A stretch of 64,000 nucleotides of DNA from Clostridia bacterium (GTDB lineage: Bacteria > Bacillota > Clostridia > Oscillospirales > SIG627). The notes beneath the pieces are model-generated. The model ran no database searches. It worked only from the letters and a program-made list of their open reading frames with translations, and was not told the origin of the DNA. This document shows positions 27,174 to 35,554 of the stretch, piece by piece. The translations under genes and the position numbers were made by a program. The stretch lies in assembly GCA_017507325.1 (NCBI GenBank), contig JAFWBD010000002.1, positions 1,570 to 65,569 on the forward strand. Reading direction: 5' to 3'. How positions within the stretch are numbered: the first letter of the stretch is position 1; every line of letters starts with the position of its first letter.

Positions 27174-27695
27174 TTGGAGATCAAAATAATGAAACGATTC
27201 CTATCCCTCTTTTTGATTTTGCTGCTTTTTTGTTTTTCCTCCTGCCGGGAGGAAGCCTTGCCCACCCAAGGCGAAATACCCGTCCTGCCGCAGGAATTTG
27301 CCTTCGATGGCGGGAGCATCACCTTGACAAACGCCTTCCGACAGATCTCGCCCGTCTCCTTTGCCTCCTCCTCTCTGTCGGTAAGCCTTTCCAGAAGCGC
27401 CTTTTCGGAATGGGAGGGGACCGAGCTTTCCGCCGACAGTCCCCTTTCGGATTTTGCCGATGCCTTTTTAGCCGCCCATCACCCGAACGCCGCCACGGAA
27501 AAGCAGGGCGAGCTGCTCTTCTGCACCCTATCCTTGAAAGAGGGGGACATTTCCGTCACCGCCCGTCTGTACTTTTTCAAGGGGGCCGATGCCTTCCGCA
27601 CGGTACAATTCTCCGCCGAAGACGAGCACTTCCCCACTCTTCGGGAGCAGATCGAAGAATTTGCCTCCTCCATTCGCTTTGAGCCGAATAAATAG
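27174..27695 (+). CDS. lipoprotein, unknown function
   Basis: 173 aa. Signal peptide with lipobox FSSC. Confidence 0.6.
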   Translation: MEIKIMKRFLSLFLILLLFCFSSCREEALPTQGEIPVLPQEFAFDGGSITLTNAFRQISPVSFASSSLSVSLSRSAFSEWEGTELSADSPLSDFADAFLAAHHPNAATEKQGELLFCTLSLKEGDISVTARLYFFKGADAFRTVQFSAEDEHFPTLREQIEEFASSIRFEPNK

Positions 27696-27725
27696 ACTCA
27701 GGCGCAGCCTGAGCTGCGCCTGAGT
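27696..27725. terminator. perfect 13-bp hairpin directly after the stop codon
   Basis: ACTCAGGCGCAGC-CTGA-GCTGCGCCTGAGT. No clear T-run. Confidence 0.45.
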
Positions 27726-27830
27726 AGGGGTTTGTGATCCGCAGACCGAAGAGTCGGACCGTCTCACCGATCTATGATACGTATGATACCATAGGAATAT
27801 GAAGTCTTTTTGAAAAAAATCTGTTTTTTC

Positions 27831-27860
27831 AAAAAAGCCGCTTTGACAAGCGGCTTTTTT
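27831..27860. terminator. bidirectional rho-independent terminator
   Basis: AAAAAAGCCGC-TTTGACAA-GCGGCTTTTTT. Confidence 0.7.
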
Positions 27861-27884
27861 GATGCGGAAAATTCTCGGCTCTTC

Positions 27885-29415
27885 TCAATCCTCTTTTTCC
27901 ATTTCCTCCTGGGTTTTCGGATCGAAGGACAGCATCGGCTTGATCTTTTTGCCGTGGATCTTGCGCTCCACGTAGTTTTTGGTGATCTTCACCACCAGGG
28001 GAGACAGTGCCACCACGGCAATCAGGTTCGGGAACATCATCATTCCGTTGAAGGTATCCGAGATATCCCAGGCCAAGGAGGAGGTCATCACCGCGCCCAT
28101 CATAATGGTGCAAATGTGAATGATTTTGAACACGACCACGCTCTTTGAGCCGAACAGATATTCCCAAGCCTTGCTTCCGTAATGCGACCACCCCAAAACC
28201 GTGGTAAAGGCAAAGAGGAACATGGCAACGGCGATAAATTTGCCACCGATCCCACCCCAGGAAAACACCTGATTGAAGGCACCCGCCACCAAGGTGGCAT
28301 CGGTATAGCCCGCAAGGATATCGCCCGTTGCCAGATTGTACGCACCGGAGGTCAAAACCACCAGAGCGGTCATGGTGCAAACCACCATGGTATCGGCGAA
28401 CACCTCGAAAATACCCCACATTCCCTGCTTTACGGGCTCCTTCACGTTGGAATTGGAGTGAACCATAACCGAGGAGCCGAGGCCCGCCTCATTGGAGAAG
28501 ACACCGCGCTTAAAGCCGGAGGTCATAACCCTTTTTCACCACCACACCGACGCCGCCGCCCAAAACGGCAATGGGCGAAAAGGCATTCACGAAAATGGCG
28601 CGAAAGGCAGGCAGGATCTGTCCCGCATTGAGAGTCACGATCACAAGGGAGCCCGCAACGAACAGCACCACCATAAAGGGAACGATCTTTTCCGCCACGT
28701 TGGCAATTCTCTTCAGGCCGCCCAAAACGATCAAGGCGGTGAGAATCATCAGAAAAGCACCCAGAAGCACGTTGTAAAGAGAAACCTCACCCATCACCTT
28801 GATCGAGGAAAGGGAAGAGATGTCAAAGGCATTGGCAACGTTGGCCACGATCTTATTGACCTGTCCCATGGAGCCGATTCCGAAGGAGGCCAAAAGCGTA
28901 AACACCGAAAAGACGATGGCCAGAACCTTACCGGGGATTTTCAATCCACGGTAAGCACCAAGACCGTCCTGCAAATAATACATGGCACCGCCCGACCACT
29001 CGCCCTTATTGTTGCGGCGGCGGAAGTAGATGCCCAGCACGTTTTCGGAGAAGTTGGTCATCATACCGAAAAAGGCGGCCACCCACATCCAGAAAACGGC
29101 ACCCGAACCGCCCGTGCAGATGGCGGCGGCAACACCGGCAATGTTACCCGTTCCCACCGTGGCGGCCAGAGCCGTGCACAGTGCCTGGAAGGGAGAAATG
29201 GCTCCCTTTTCCTTGGTGTGCCCCATAACCTTTTTGGTAAACATACTGCCAATGGTGTTTTTCCACCAGTGACCGAAGCGGGACAGCTGAAAAACACGGG
29301 TCAGCACCGTCATCAAAACGCCCGTGCCGATCAGAAGGGTCAATCCGAAGACACCCCATACGAAATTGTTGATCTCACCGTTGAACTCGGTGATCCAAGT
29401 TAAAAAACCTTCCAT
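27885..29415 (-). pseudogene. alanine/glycine:cation symporter (AGCS family) interrupted by a +1 frameshift
   Basis: Two ORFs (29415..28510 and 28526..27885) together form one AGCS protein (GTGNIAGVA ... RGVFSNEAGLGS). The frames switch at an A5 run (T5 on plus strand, 28532..28536). Deleting one A restores ...GGGVGVVVKRVMTSGFKRGVFSNEAG. Confidence 0.8.
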
Positions 29416-29509
29416 AAATCCTCCTGTTTTTTGAAATGCAAAAAAGCACAAAAAAAGAGCGCGCAAAAGCAAAGCGCACCCAAAAACAGACGGTAAAATC
29501 AGTTTGCAC

Positions 29510-29666
29510 TTTGTCCTTTTGCCTGAGAGATTAGCACCCTGTGCTTTGCCCCTTCGGCACTCAATCCATTGAGCTTCTCCAAAGTTCTGTCAAATTGCAG
29601 TCCCCACTCCTTTCGGAGCGCCTGAGAGTGTTACTCCTTCGGCCGGCATACGCCATTTCCTGCAAT
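29510..29666 (-). promoter_or_regulatory. tandem glycine riboswitch (two aptamers)
   Basis: Minus strand aptamer 1: TTGCAGgaaatgg..CCGAAGGAGTAA..CTCTCAGGC..GGGGACTGCAA. Aptamer 2: CTTTGGAGAAG..GCCGAAGGGGCAA..CTCTCAGGCAAAAGGACAAAG. Both match the glycine aptamer core. Confidence 0.85.
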
Positions 29667-29692
29667 CATCATACAGAAATCAACCATCGGCT

Positions 29693-29720
29693 ATTATAGC
29701 ACCTTTTTGTGAAAATGCAA
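29693..29720 (-). promoter_or_regulatory. sigma-A promoter driving the glycine riboswitch
   Basis: Minus strand TTGCAT-16 nt-(TGc)TATAAT, an extended -10. Confidence 0.65.
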
Positions 29721-29730
29721 GGGCTTTTTT

Positions 29731-29757
29731 CATTTTTCTTCATTTTTCTTCATTTTC
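29731..29757. repeat. 2.7 copies of a 10-bp tandem repeat (CATTTTTCTT)
   Basis: Read directly from the sequence. Lies just upstream of the riboswitch promoter, with T/A tracts phased at one helical turn. Confidence 0.7.
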
Positions 29758-29764
29758 AAAGGCA

Positions 29765-29798
29765 GCGGCGCGATGCCCCGCTCGGGACATCGCGCCGC
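29765..29798 (-). terminator. hairpin downstream of thrS
   Basis: GCGGCGCGATG-12 nt-CATCGCGCCGC, an 11-bp GC-rich stem with a poor T-run. Confidence 0.45.
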
Positions 29799-29822
29799 AA
29801 AACCGCATTTGAAAGAAATTTC

Positions 29823-31589
29823 TCAGATTCTCTTTTCGGTTTCTTCCTTGATCTTGGCAAGGAAGGCCTCCAGCGACATGGTTTCGGTCTGAGCCGTATC
29901 GCGGTTTCGAACGGAAACCGTTCCCTCCTCTACCTCCTTGCCGCCGAGGATCAGCATATAGGGAACGCGATCCACGGCCTGCGCCTCGCGGATCTTGTAG
30001 CCGATCTTTTCGTTGCGGTCGTCCAATTCGCAGCGGATCCCCGCAAGGCGGATGGCATCGTAAACCTTCGTGGAATACTCCATGCTCTTTTCGGAAACGG
30101 GAAGCACCTTCACCTGCACCGGTGCCAGCCAAGCGGGGAACTTGCCTGCAAAATGCTCGGTGATGATACCGATGAAGCGCTCAATGGAGCCGAAGCAAAC
30201 TCGGTGGATCATAATGGGACGCTTTTTGGCGCCGGTTTCATCCACGTATTCCAAGCCGAAATTCAAGGGCATCTGGAAATCCAGCTGAATGGTACCGCAC
30301 TGCCAGCTTCTGCCAAGGCTGTCCTCCAGATGGAAATCGATCTTGGGACCGTAAAAGGCACCGTCGCCCTCGTTGATGATATAGGGGAGCTCCAATTTCT
30401 CCAAAGCTCCCTTCAAGCCATCGGTCGCGGCCTCCCAATCCTCATCACTGCCCATGGAATTTTCGGGACGGGTCGAAAGCTCGATAAAATACTTAAAGCC
30501 AAACTTGGTATACACCTCGTTGATCAGGTGCACCACGCCCATGATCTCATCGGTGATCTGATCGGGGCGCATAAAAATATGAGCATCGTCCTGCGTAAAG
30601 CAGCGCACGCGGAACAAACCGTGGAGCGCACCCTTCAATTCGTGACGGTGCACCACGCCGAGCTCTCCCACGCGCAAGGGAAGATCGCGGTAGGAATGGG
30701 GCGAAGAGCGGTATACCATCACGCCGCCGGGACAGTTCATGGGCTTAATGCAATAGGTTTCCTCGTCGATGGTGGTGGAATACATATTGTCCTTGTAGTG
30801 ATCCCAATGTCCGCTGGTCTCCCAAAGAGCGCGGTTCATGATCAAGGGGGTGGAAACCTCCACGTAATGATCACGGTAATGAATGTCTCTCCAATAATCC
30901 ACCAGCGCATTCTTCAGCGCCATACCGTGGGGAAGGAAGAAGGGGAAACCGGGGCCCTCCTCGCAGAGCATAAACAGACCCATTTCCTTTCCGATCCTGC
31001 GGTGATCTCTCTTTTCGGCCTCCTCCAGAAGCTTCAGATATTCATCCATCTCCTCTTGGGTGCGGAAGGCAATGCCGTTGATACGGGTGAGCATTTTGTT
31101 GTTCTTGTCGTTTTTCCAATAAGCGCCCGATTGCTGGGTGATCTTAAAGGCCTTGAGCGCCTTGGTATACATCAGGTGGGGACCCACGCACATATCGATA
31201 TATTCCCCTTGCTGATAGAAGCTGATGGGAGCATCCTCCGCCAGATCGCCGATATGCTCCACCTTATATTTTTCCTGTCTCTCCTCCATCAGCGCAATGG
31301 CCTCTTCTCTGGGGAGAATATAGGGCTTGATGGGAAGATTTTCCTTCACGATCTTTCTCATTTCGTTTTCGATCCGCAAAAGATCCTCATCGCTCAACTT
31401 GGTCTCTCCCAGATCCACGTCGTAAAAGAAGCCCTTTTCCGTCGCGGGACCAAAGGCAAAGTCCGCGTGGGGGTACAAGCGCTTAATGGCCTGCGCACAA
31501 ACGTGGGCGGCCGTGTGACGGATCACGTGGAGCTCCTCCTCCGGAGAAAGATCCTCCCGAACGGTGCCGTCAAAACAAATAACCTTCAT
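29823..31589 (-). CDS. thrS: threonine--tRNA ligase
   Basis: 588 aa from MKVICFDG. Editing-domain HTAAHV and class II motifs are present. The N-terminal extension in the ORF track overlaps the T-box terminator and is not coding. Confidence 0.9.
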   Translation of the reverse strand: MKVICFDGTVREDLSPEEELHVIRHTAAHVCAQAIKRLYPHADFAFGPATEKGFFYDVDLGETKLSDEDLLRIENEMRKIVKENLPIKPYILPREEAIALMEERQEKYKVEHIGDLAEDAPISFYQQGEYIDMCVGPHLMYTKALKAFKITQQSGAYWKNDKNNKMLTRINGIAFRTQEEMDEYLKLLEEAEKRDHRRIGKEMGLFMLCEEGPGFPFFLPHGMALKNALVDYWRDIHYRDHYVEVSTPLIMNRALWETSGHWDHYKDNMYSTTIDEETYCIKPMNCPGGVMVYRSSPHSYRDLPLRVGELGVVHRHELKGALHGLFRVRCFTQDDAHIFMRPDQITDEIMGVVHLINEVYTKFGFKYFIELSTRPENSMGSDEDWEAATDGLKGALEKLELPYIINEGDGAFYGPKIDFHLEDSLGRSWQCGTIQLDFQMPLNFGLEYVDETGAKKRPIMIHRVCFGSIERFIGIITEHFAGKFPAWLAPVQVKVLPVSEKSMEYSTKVYDAIRLAGIRCELDDRNEKIGYKIREAQAVDRVPYMLILGGKEVEEGTVSVRNRDTAQTETMSLEAFLAKIKEETEKRI

Positions 31590-31620
31590 AAATTCCTCCT
31601 CAAATTTTCGCTTCCGAAGC

Positions 31621-31842
31621 AAAAAAATAACACCCCGTGAAAGCGATATGCTTTCGGGGTGAGAAAAATCCCACGGTTCCACCCGAATTCAGACCCGAAG
31701 TCTGCCCTTCGTTTTCTCTGTTTCGCCGAGGAGCGCCGCCATTTCCTGCGGGACCGAGAGGTCGGTACGATAAAAAGGCACGAACGGCGGCTTTCACCTT
31801 GCCCGCCTCTCTGAAGAACGGCTCTTTTCTCGCGTGTTCCTA
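31621..31842 (-). promoter_or_regulatory. T-box leader (Thr) with terminator/antiterminator
   Basis: Minus strand AATTCGGGTGGAACCGTGGG T-box sequence (31689..31671), followed by the hairpin CACCCCGAAAGC..GCTTTCACGGGGTG plus a T-run. AGAGA and GGTGAAAG stem I elements. Candidate ACC specifier. Confidence 0.8.
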
Positions 31843-31848
31843 TCTTTT

Positions 31849-31876
31849 ATTATAAGTCTTTTTTCGTTTTTGTCAA
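31849..31876 (-). promoter_or_regulatory. sigma-A promoter of the thrS leader
   Basis: Minus strand TTGACA-16 nt-TATAAT. Confidence 0.65.
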
Positions 31877-31914
31877 TCCCATTTTTGCTTTGTGCGGAAG
31901 AAAATCATATTTTT

Positions 31915-31943
31915 TTGACAAATTCCATTCCCTATGGTAAAAT
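31915..31943 (+). promoter_or_regulatory. sigma-A promoter of uppP
   Basis: TTGACA-17 nt-TAAAAT, 44 nt upstream of the start codon. Confidence 0.65.
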
Positions 31944-31986
31944 GACGGGGCATTTCATATAGTAATAAAAAAGAAAGGATCATCCT

Positions 31987-32853
31987 ATGGATACCGTAAT
32001 CGAATTTCTCAAGGTCCTCTTTCTGGGTCTGGTGGAGGGCATCACCGAATGGCTTCCCATTTCCAGCACGGGGCATATGCTTTTGGTGGATGAATTTTTG
32101 AATCTGAATGAGAGCGAGGACTTCAAGGAGGTCTTCTTCGTGGTCATTCAATTGGGTGCCATTTTAGCGGTGCTCCTTCTGTTTTGGAACAAAATGTTCC
32201 CCTTCCGCTTGGGAGAGGAGGCCAAAAGAAGAGGCGCGGTCCGCTTTGACGTATTTTCCCTTTGGTTCAAGGTGGTGGTGGCCTGCATTCCCGGTGCGGT
32301 GGTCACTCTTTTGTTTGACGATCCCTTGGAGGAATTTCTCCATCACACCCCCGTGACCGAATCGGTCTCTTTGATGACCGTGGTCATTGCCGCCACACTG
32401 ATCGTTTACGGCTTCGCCTTTATTTTTGTGGAAAAGAAGAACGAGGGCAAGCCCCGCAGGGTCACCTCTCTTTCCCAAATCACCTATCGGGATGCCCTTC
32501 TCATCGGTCTGTTTCAGGTGCTCTCCATCATCCCCGGCACCTCCCGCTCCGGCTCCACCATCATCGGTGCTCTGATTTTGGGCATCAGCCGCGGAGCCGC
32601 CGCCGAATTCACCTTCTTTTTGGCAGTTCCCGTTATGGCAGGCTATTCCCTCTTAAAGCTGTTAAAATTCGGCCTTGCCTTCAGCGGCTATCAGCTTTTC
32701 ATTTTGCTTACGGGCTGTGCGGCGGCCTTTTTGACCTCGCTGTTTGTGATCCGCTTTTTGATGGCCTACGTAAAAAAGCATTCCTTTTCCGCCTTCGGCT
32801 GGTATCGGATCGCCTTGGGCTGTGCCGTTTTGCTGTATTTCTTCGTGTTCTGA
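31987..32853 (+). CDS. uppP: undecaprenyl-diphosphate phosphatase
   Basis: 288 aa. GLVEGITEWLPISSTGHM and PGTSRSGSTI motifs of BacA/UppP. Confidence 0.9.
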   Translation: MDTVIEFLKVLFLGLVEGITEWLPISSTGHMLLVDEFLNLNESEDFKEVFFVVIQLGAILAVLLLFWNKMFPFRLGEEAKRRGAVRFDVFSLWFKVVVACIPGAVVTLLFDDPLEEFLHHTPVTESVSLMTVVIAATLIVYGFAFIFVEKKNEGKPRRVTSLSQITYRDALLIGLFQVLSIIPGTSRSGSTIIGALILGISRGAAAEFTFFLAVPVMAGYSLLKLLKFGLAFSGYQLFILLTGCAAAFLTSLFVIRFLMAYVKKHSFSAFGWYRIALGCAVLLYFFVF

Positions 32854-32867
32854 CGGTTCGAATATAC

Positions 32868-32901
32868 AAAATGCATCTGCGAAATTCGCAGATGCATTTT
32901 T
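32868..32901. terminator. bidirectional terminator
   Basis: AAAATGCATCTGCGAA-A-TTCGCAGATGCATTTTT palindrome. Confidence 0.75.
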
Positions 32902-32915
32902 GTTTTTACCGTTTT

Positions 32916-34022
32916 TTATCGGGGAAGAAGCATGCAAAACAGCGTCATCACCACCAAAAAGATTGCATTGACCGCGGTAAACAAAAGGAAGTAATGCTTT
33001 CCCCGACCCGGATACAAAATGCGGTATTCGCTGAAGGTGATGAGGCTGGCCAATGAGGCAATGAGGGTGCCCGTGCCGCCGATATTCACACCCAACAGCA
33101 GGTCGCGATAGTTTTCCGTAAAGCGGGAGAGCAAAATGGAGGTGGGCACGTTGCTGATGACCTGGCAGGAAAGAACGGAAACCAAAAGGGTGTTTTCTTC
33201 CAAGAGGGCGGAAAAAAAACGATGCACCGAATCCATGCGGGAAAGATTCCCCGCAAAAATAAAGAAAAACACGAAGGTCCCCAAAAGAGGATAATCCACG
33301 TCAAAAAGAGCGTTCCGATCCGAAAAAAAGATCACCGCCGGGATCAAGGCAAGCCCCCAAAGATACGGGATCACACGGAACACAATGAGAACAGACAGCA
33401 AAAACAGCGTAAGATACAGCGCGGTCTTTTTTCCGTTCAGCCGCTCCGAAAGGCCGCTCTCAAGGGACAGAGGCTTGGGGCGGATCACAAGGCAAGCCCC
33501 CAGCAGCATCGCCACCGCCAGCAAGAAGGGCGGGAGCATAATGGCACAGAATTCTCCCGTGGGAATGTGAAAATAAGAATACAAATACAAATTCTGGGGA
33601 TTCCCGAAGGGGGTAAGCATACCGCCGAGGTTGGCGGAAATGTTCTGCAAAACGAACAAATACGCCATATGCTCCTCGTTTTCGGAAACCGACAGCGCAA
33701 AATACCCCAAGGGCAAAAAGGTAATGAGGGCCATATCGTTGGCAATGAGCATAGAGCCCAGAAAGGTGATGACCACCAGAACCATAAACAGCGCCCGAAG
33801 ATTTCCCGAAAACGCCACAATGCGCCGCGCCAGAATGGTGAAAAACTTGATGTTGCGCAGAGCGCACACCACCGCCAAGGTCAAAAACAGACAAGCAAGG
33901 GTCTTCCCGTCAAAATACGAAAGATATTCCCCGTCGGGCGGTACGAAAAAGGCGGTCACAAGCGCTGCCGCAGCCGCCACCGAAAACACGGTATTCTTCT
34001 TCGAAAAGCGAAGAAGTGCCAC
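32916..34022 (-). CDS. anion permease (ArsB/NhaD / CitMHS-like fold)
   Basis: Polytopic membrane protein. Preferred GTG start at 34022 lies 7 nt after GAAGGAGGG. The ORF-track start at 34184 adds a non-membrane Lys-rich extension. Confidence 0.65.
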   Translation of the reverse strand: MALLRFSKKNTVFSVAAAAALVTAFFVPPDGEYLSYFDGKTLACLFLTLAVVCALRNIKFFTILARRIVAFSGNLRALFMVLVVITFLGSMLIANDMALITFLPLGYFALSVSENEEHMAYLFVLQNISANLGGMLTPFGNPQNLYLYSYFHIPTGEFCAIMLPPFLLAVAMLLGACLVIRPKPLSLESGLSERLNGKKTALYLTLFLLSVLIVFRVIPYLWGLALIPAVIFFSDRNALFDVDYPLLGTFVFFFIFAGNLSRMDSVHRFFSALLEENTLLVSVLSCQVISNVPTSILLSRFTENYRDLLLGVNIGGTGTLIASLASLITFSEYRILYPGRGKHYFLLFTAVNAIFLVVMTLFCMLLPR

Positions 34023-34055
34023 AAAAAATCCCTCCTTCGGCAAAAGCCGACAGAC

Positions 34056-34084
34056 ATCATACACCCAAAAAGGAAACTTGGCAA
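34056..34084 (-). promoter_or_regulatory. candidate promoter of the anion permease gene
   Basis: Minus strand TTGCCA-17 nt-TATGAT. Confidence 0.45.
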
Positions 34085-34168
34085 GAGGGAAATTCAATTT
34101 TTTTCTTTTTTTCGCAAGGGGCTTTTTTTCGTTTTCAAATCTCGCCTTTTTTCTTATGACAATTATGA

Positions 34169-34197
34169 TTGCATCTATTGACAAAATATGATATAAT
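34169..34197 (+). promoter_or_regulatory. candidate promoter of the lic-like operon
   Basis: TTGCAT-17 nt-TATAAT. Confidence 0.5.
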
Positions 34198-34315
34198 ATT
34201 TTAAAATTCGATTATACCGAATCGCGCTGAATCAAGCATTAAAAATCCTCAAATTTTACTTTCAATTGTGCTAAAATAGACTTTAAAATTCATTTCTTGC
34301 TTAGAGGTATCGGAT

Positions 34316-35551
34316 ATGATTCTGATGTATATTGATCCCGGAACGGGAAGCATGCTGGTGACCGTGATCATCGGCATTCTCGGTGCCGCACTGTATTCCG
34401 TCAAAATGCTCTGGATGAAGCTTCGCATGAAAATGGGAAGCGGAAAGGTCGCCGTAGAAAAAAAGCGCACCCCCTTCGTGATCTTTTCGGACAATAAGCG
34501 CTACTGGTCGGTCTTTGAGCCCATTTGCCGTGAAATGAGCAAGCGGGGAAAAGAGGTGGTCTATCTGACCGCCTCGGAGGACGATCCGGTTTTCGGCTGT
34601 GACTATGCGGGGCTTTCCCCGAAATTCATCGGGAGCGGCAACAAAATGTATGCCAAGCTCAACTATCTCAACGCCACCGTTGTGCTTTCCACCACCCCCG
34701 GGCTGGACGTTTACCAGTGGAAGCGCTCCCCCTCCGCAGGATACTACGTTCACATCCTTCACGCCGCCAGCGAGGTGGTGCTGTACCGTATGTTCGGCAT
34801 CGATTATTACGACGCCGTCCTTTTATCGGGCGAATACCAAAGGGAGGACATCCGCAAGCTGGAAAAATTGAGGGCTCTGCCCGAAAAGGAGCTTCCCATC
34901 ATCGGCATTCCCTATATGGATAAAATGGCAAAGCGTCTGGAGGAGGCACCGCCCCTCCCCCCTCACGAAAGAACGGTGCTTTTGGCCCCCTCTTGGGGAA
35001 AAAGTGCGATTTTTTCCGTTTACGGCGGAAAAATCCTGGATCTTCTTTTGAAAACGGGCTATCGCATCATCGTGCGTCCCCATCCCCAATCCTTCCTTTC
35101 CGAGGGCGATTTGATGGCGGAATTGATGGCCAAATACCCCGCCTCCGATCGGCTGGAATGGAACCGCGACGTGGATAACTTTGAGGTCCTTCGCCGCTCC
35201 GATCTTCTGATCTCCGATTTTTCCGGCGTTATTTTCGACTTTTCTTTGGTCTACGGAAAGCCCATTATTTACACCGATCCCAATTTCGACACCGCCCCCT
35301 ACGACGCTTGGTGGCTCAAGGATCCGCTGTGGACCGTTTCCGCCCTGCCCCGTCTGGGGAAAAAGCTCACCGAGGAAAACTTTGCCGAGCTCGGCCGTCT
35401 CATTGAGGAATGCTTGGAAAGCCCCGAATTCGAGCGGGGCATTGCCGAGGTCAAGGGCGAGACCTGGCAGCATCCGGGGGAGGGTGCCGTCCGTGCCGTG
35501 GATTATCTTTTGGCAAAATACGATGAATTAACGAAAGACGAGGTGGAATAA
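34316..35551 (+). CDS. CDP-glycerol glycerophosphotransferase (TagB/TagF) family protein with N-terminal TM anchor
   Basis: 411 aa. MYIDPGTGSM TM anchor. TagF-like blocks (HASEVVLYRMFGIDYYD, LLAPSWG, RPHPQS, SDFSGVIFDF). Confidence 0.7.
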   Translation: MILMYIDPGTGSMLVTVIIGILGAALYSVKMLWMKLRMKMGSGKVAVEKKRTPFVIFSDNKRYWSVFEPICREMSKRGKEVVYLTASEDDPVFGCDYAGLSPKFIGSGNKMYAKLNYLNATVVLSTTPGLDVYQWKRSPSAGYYVHILHAASEVVLYRMFGIDYYDAVLLSGEYQREDIRKLEKLRALPEKELPIIGIPYMDKMAKRLEEAPPLPPHERTVLLAPSWGKSAIFSVYGGKILDLLLKTGYRIIVRPHPQSFLSEGDLMAELMAKYPASDRLEWNRDVDNFEVLRRSDLLISDFSGVIFDFSLVYGKPIIYTDPNFDTAPYDAWWLKDPLWTVSALPRLGKKLTEENFAELGRLIEECLESPEFERGIAEVKGETWQHPGEGAVRAVDYLLAKYDELTKDEVE

Positions 35552-35554
35552 ATC

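Noticed and set aside
29731-29757. Possible CRISPR or minisatellite
   Set aside because: It has only 2.7 copies of a 10-bp unit with no spacers, so it is not a CRISPR array. No CRISPR-like array exists elsewhere in the window.
29709-31640. 643-aa ORF on the plus strand
   Set aside because: Antisense shadow of thrS. It starts inside the tandem repeat and promoter region of the riboswitch and ends inside the T-box terminator.
31873-32151. 92-aa minus-strand ORF upstream of thrS leader
   Set aside because: It overlaps the start of uppP in antisense and both divergent promoters, and has no RBS.
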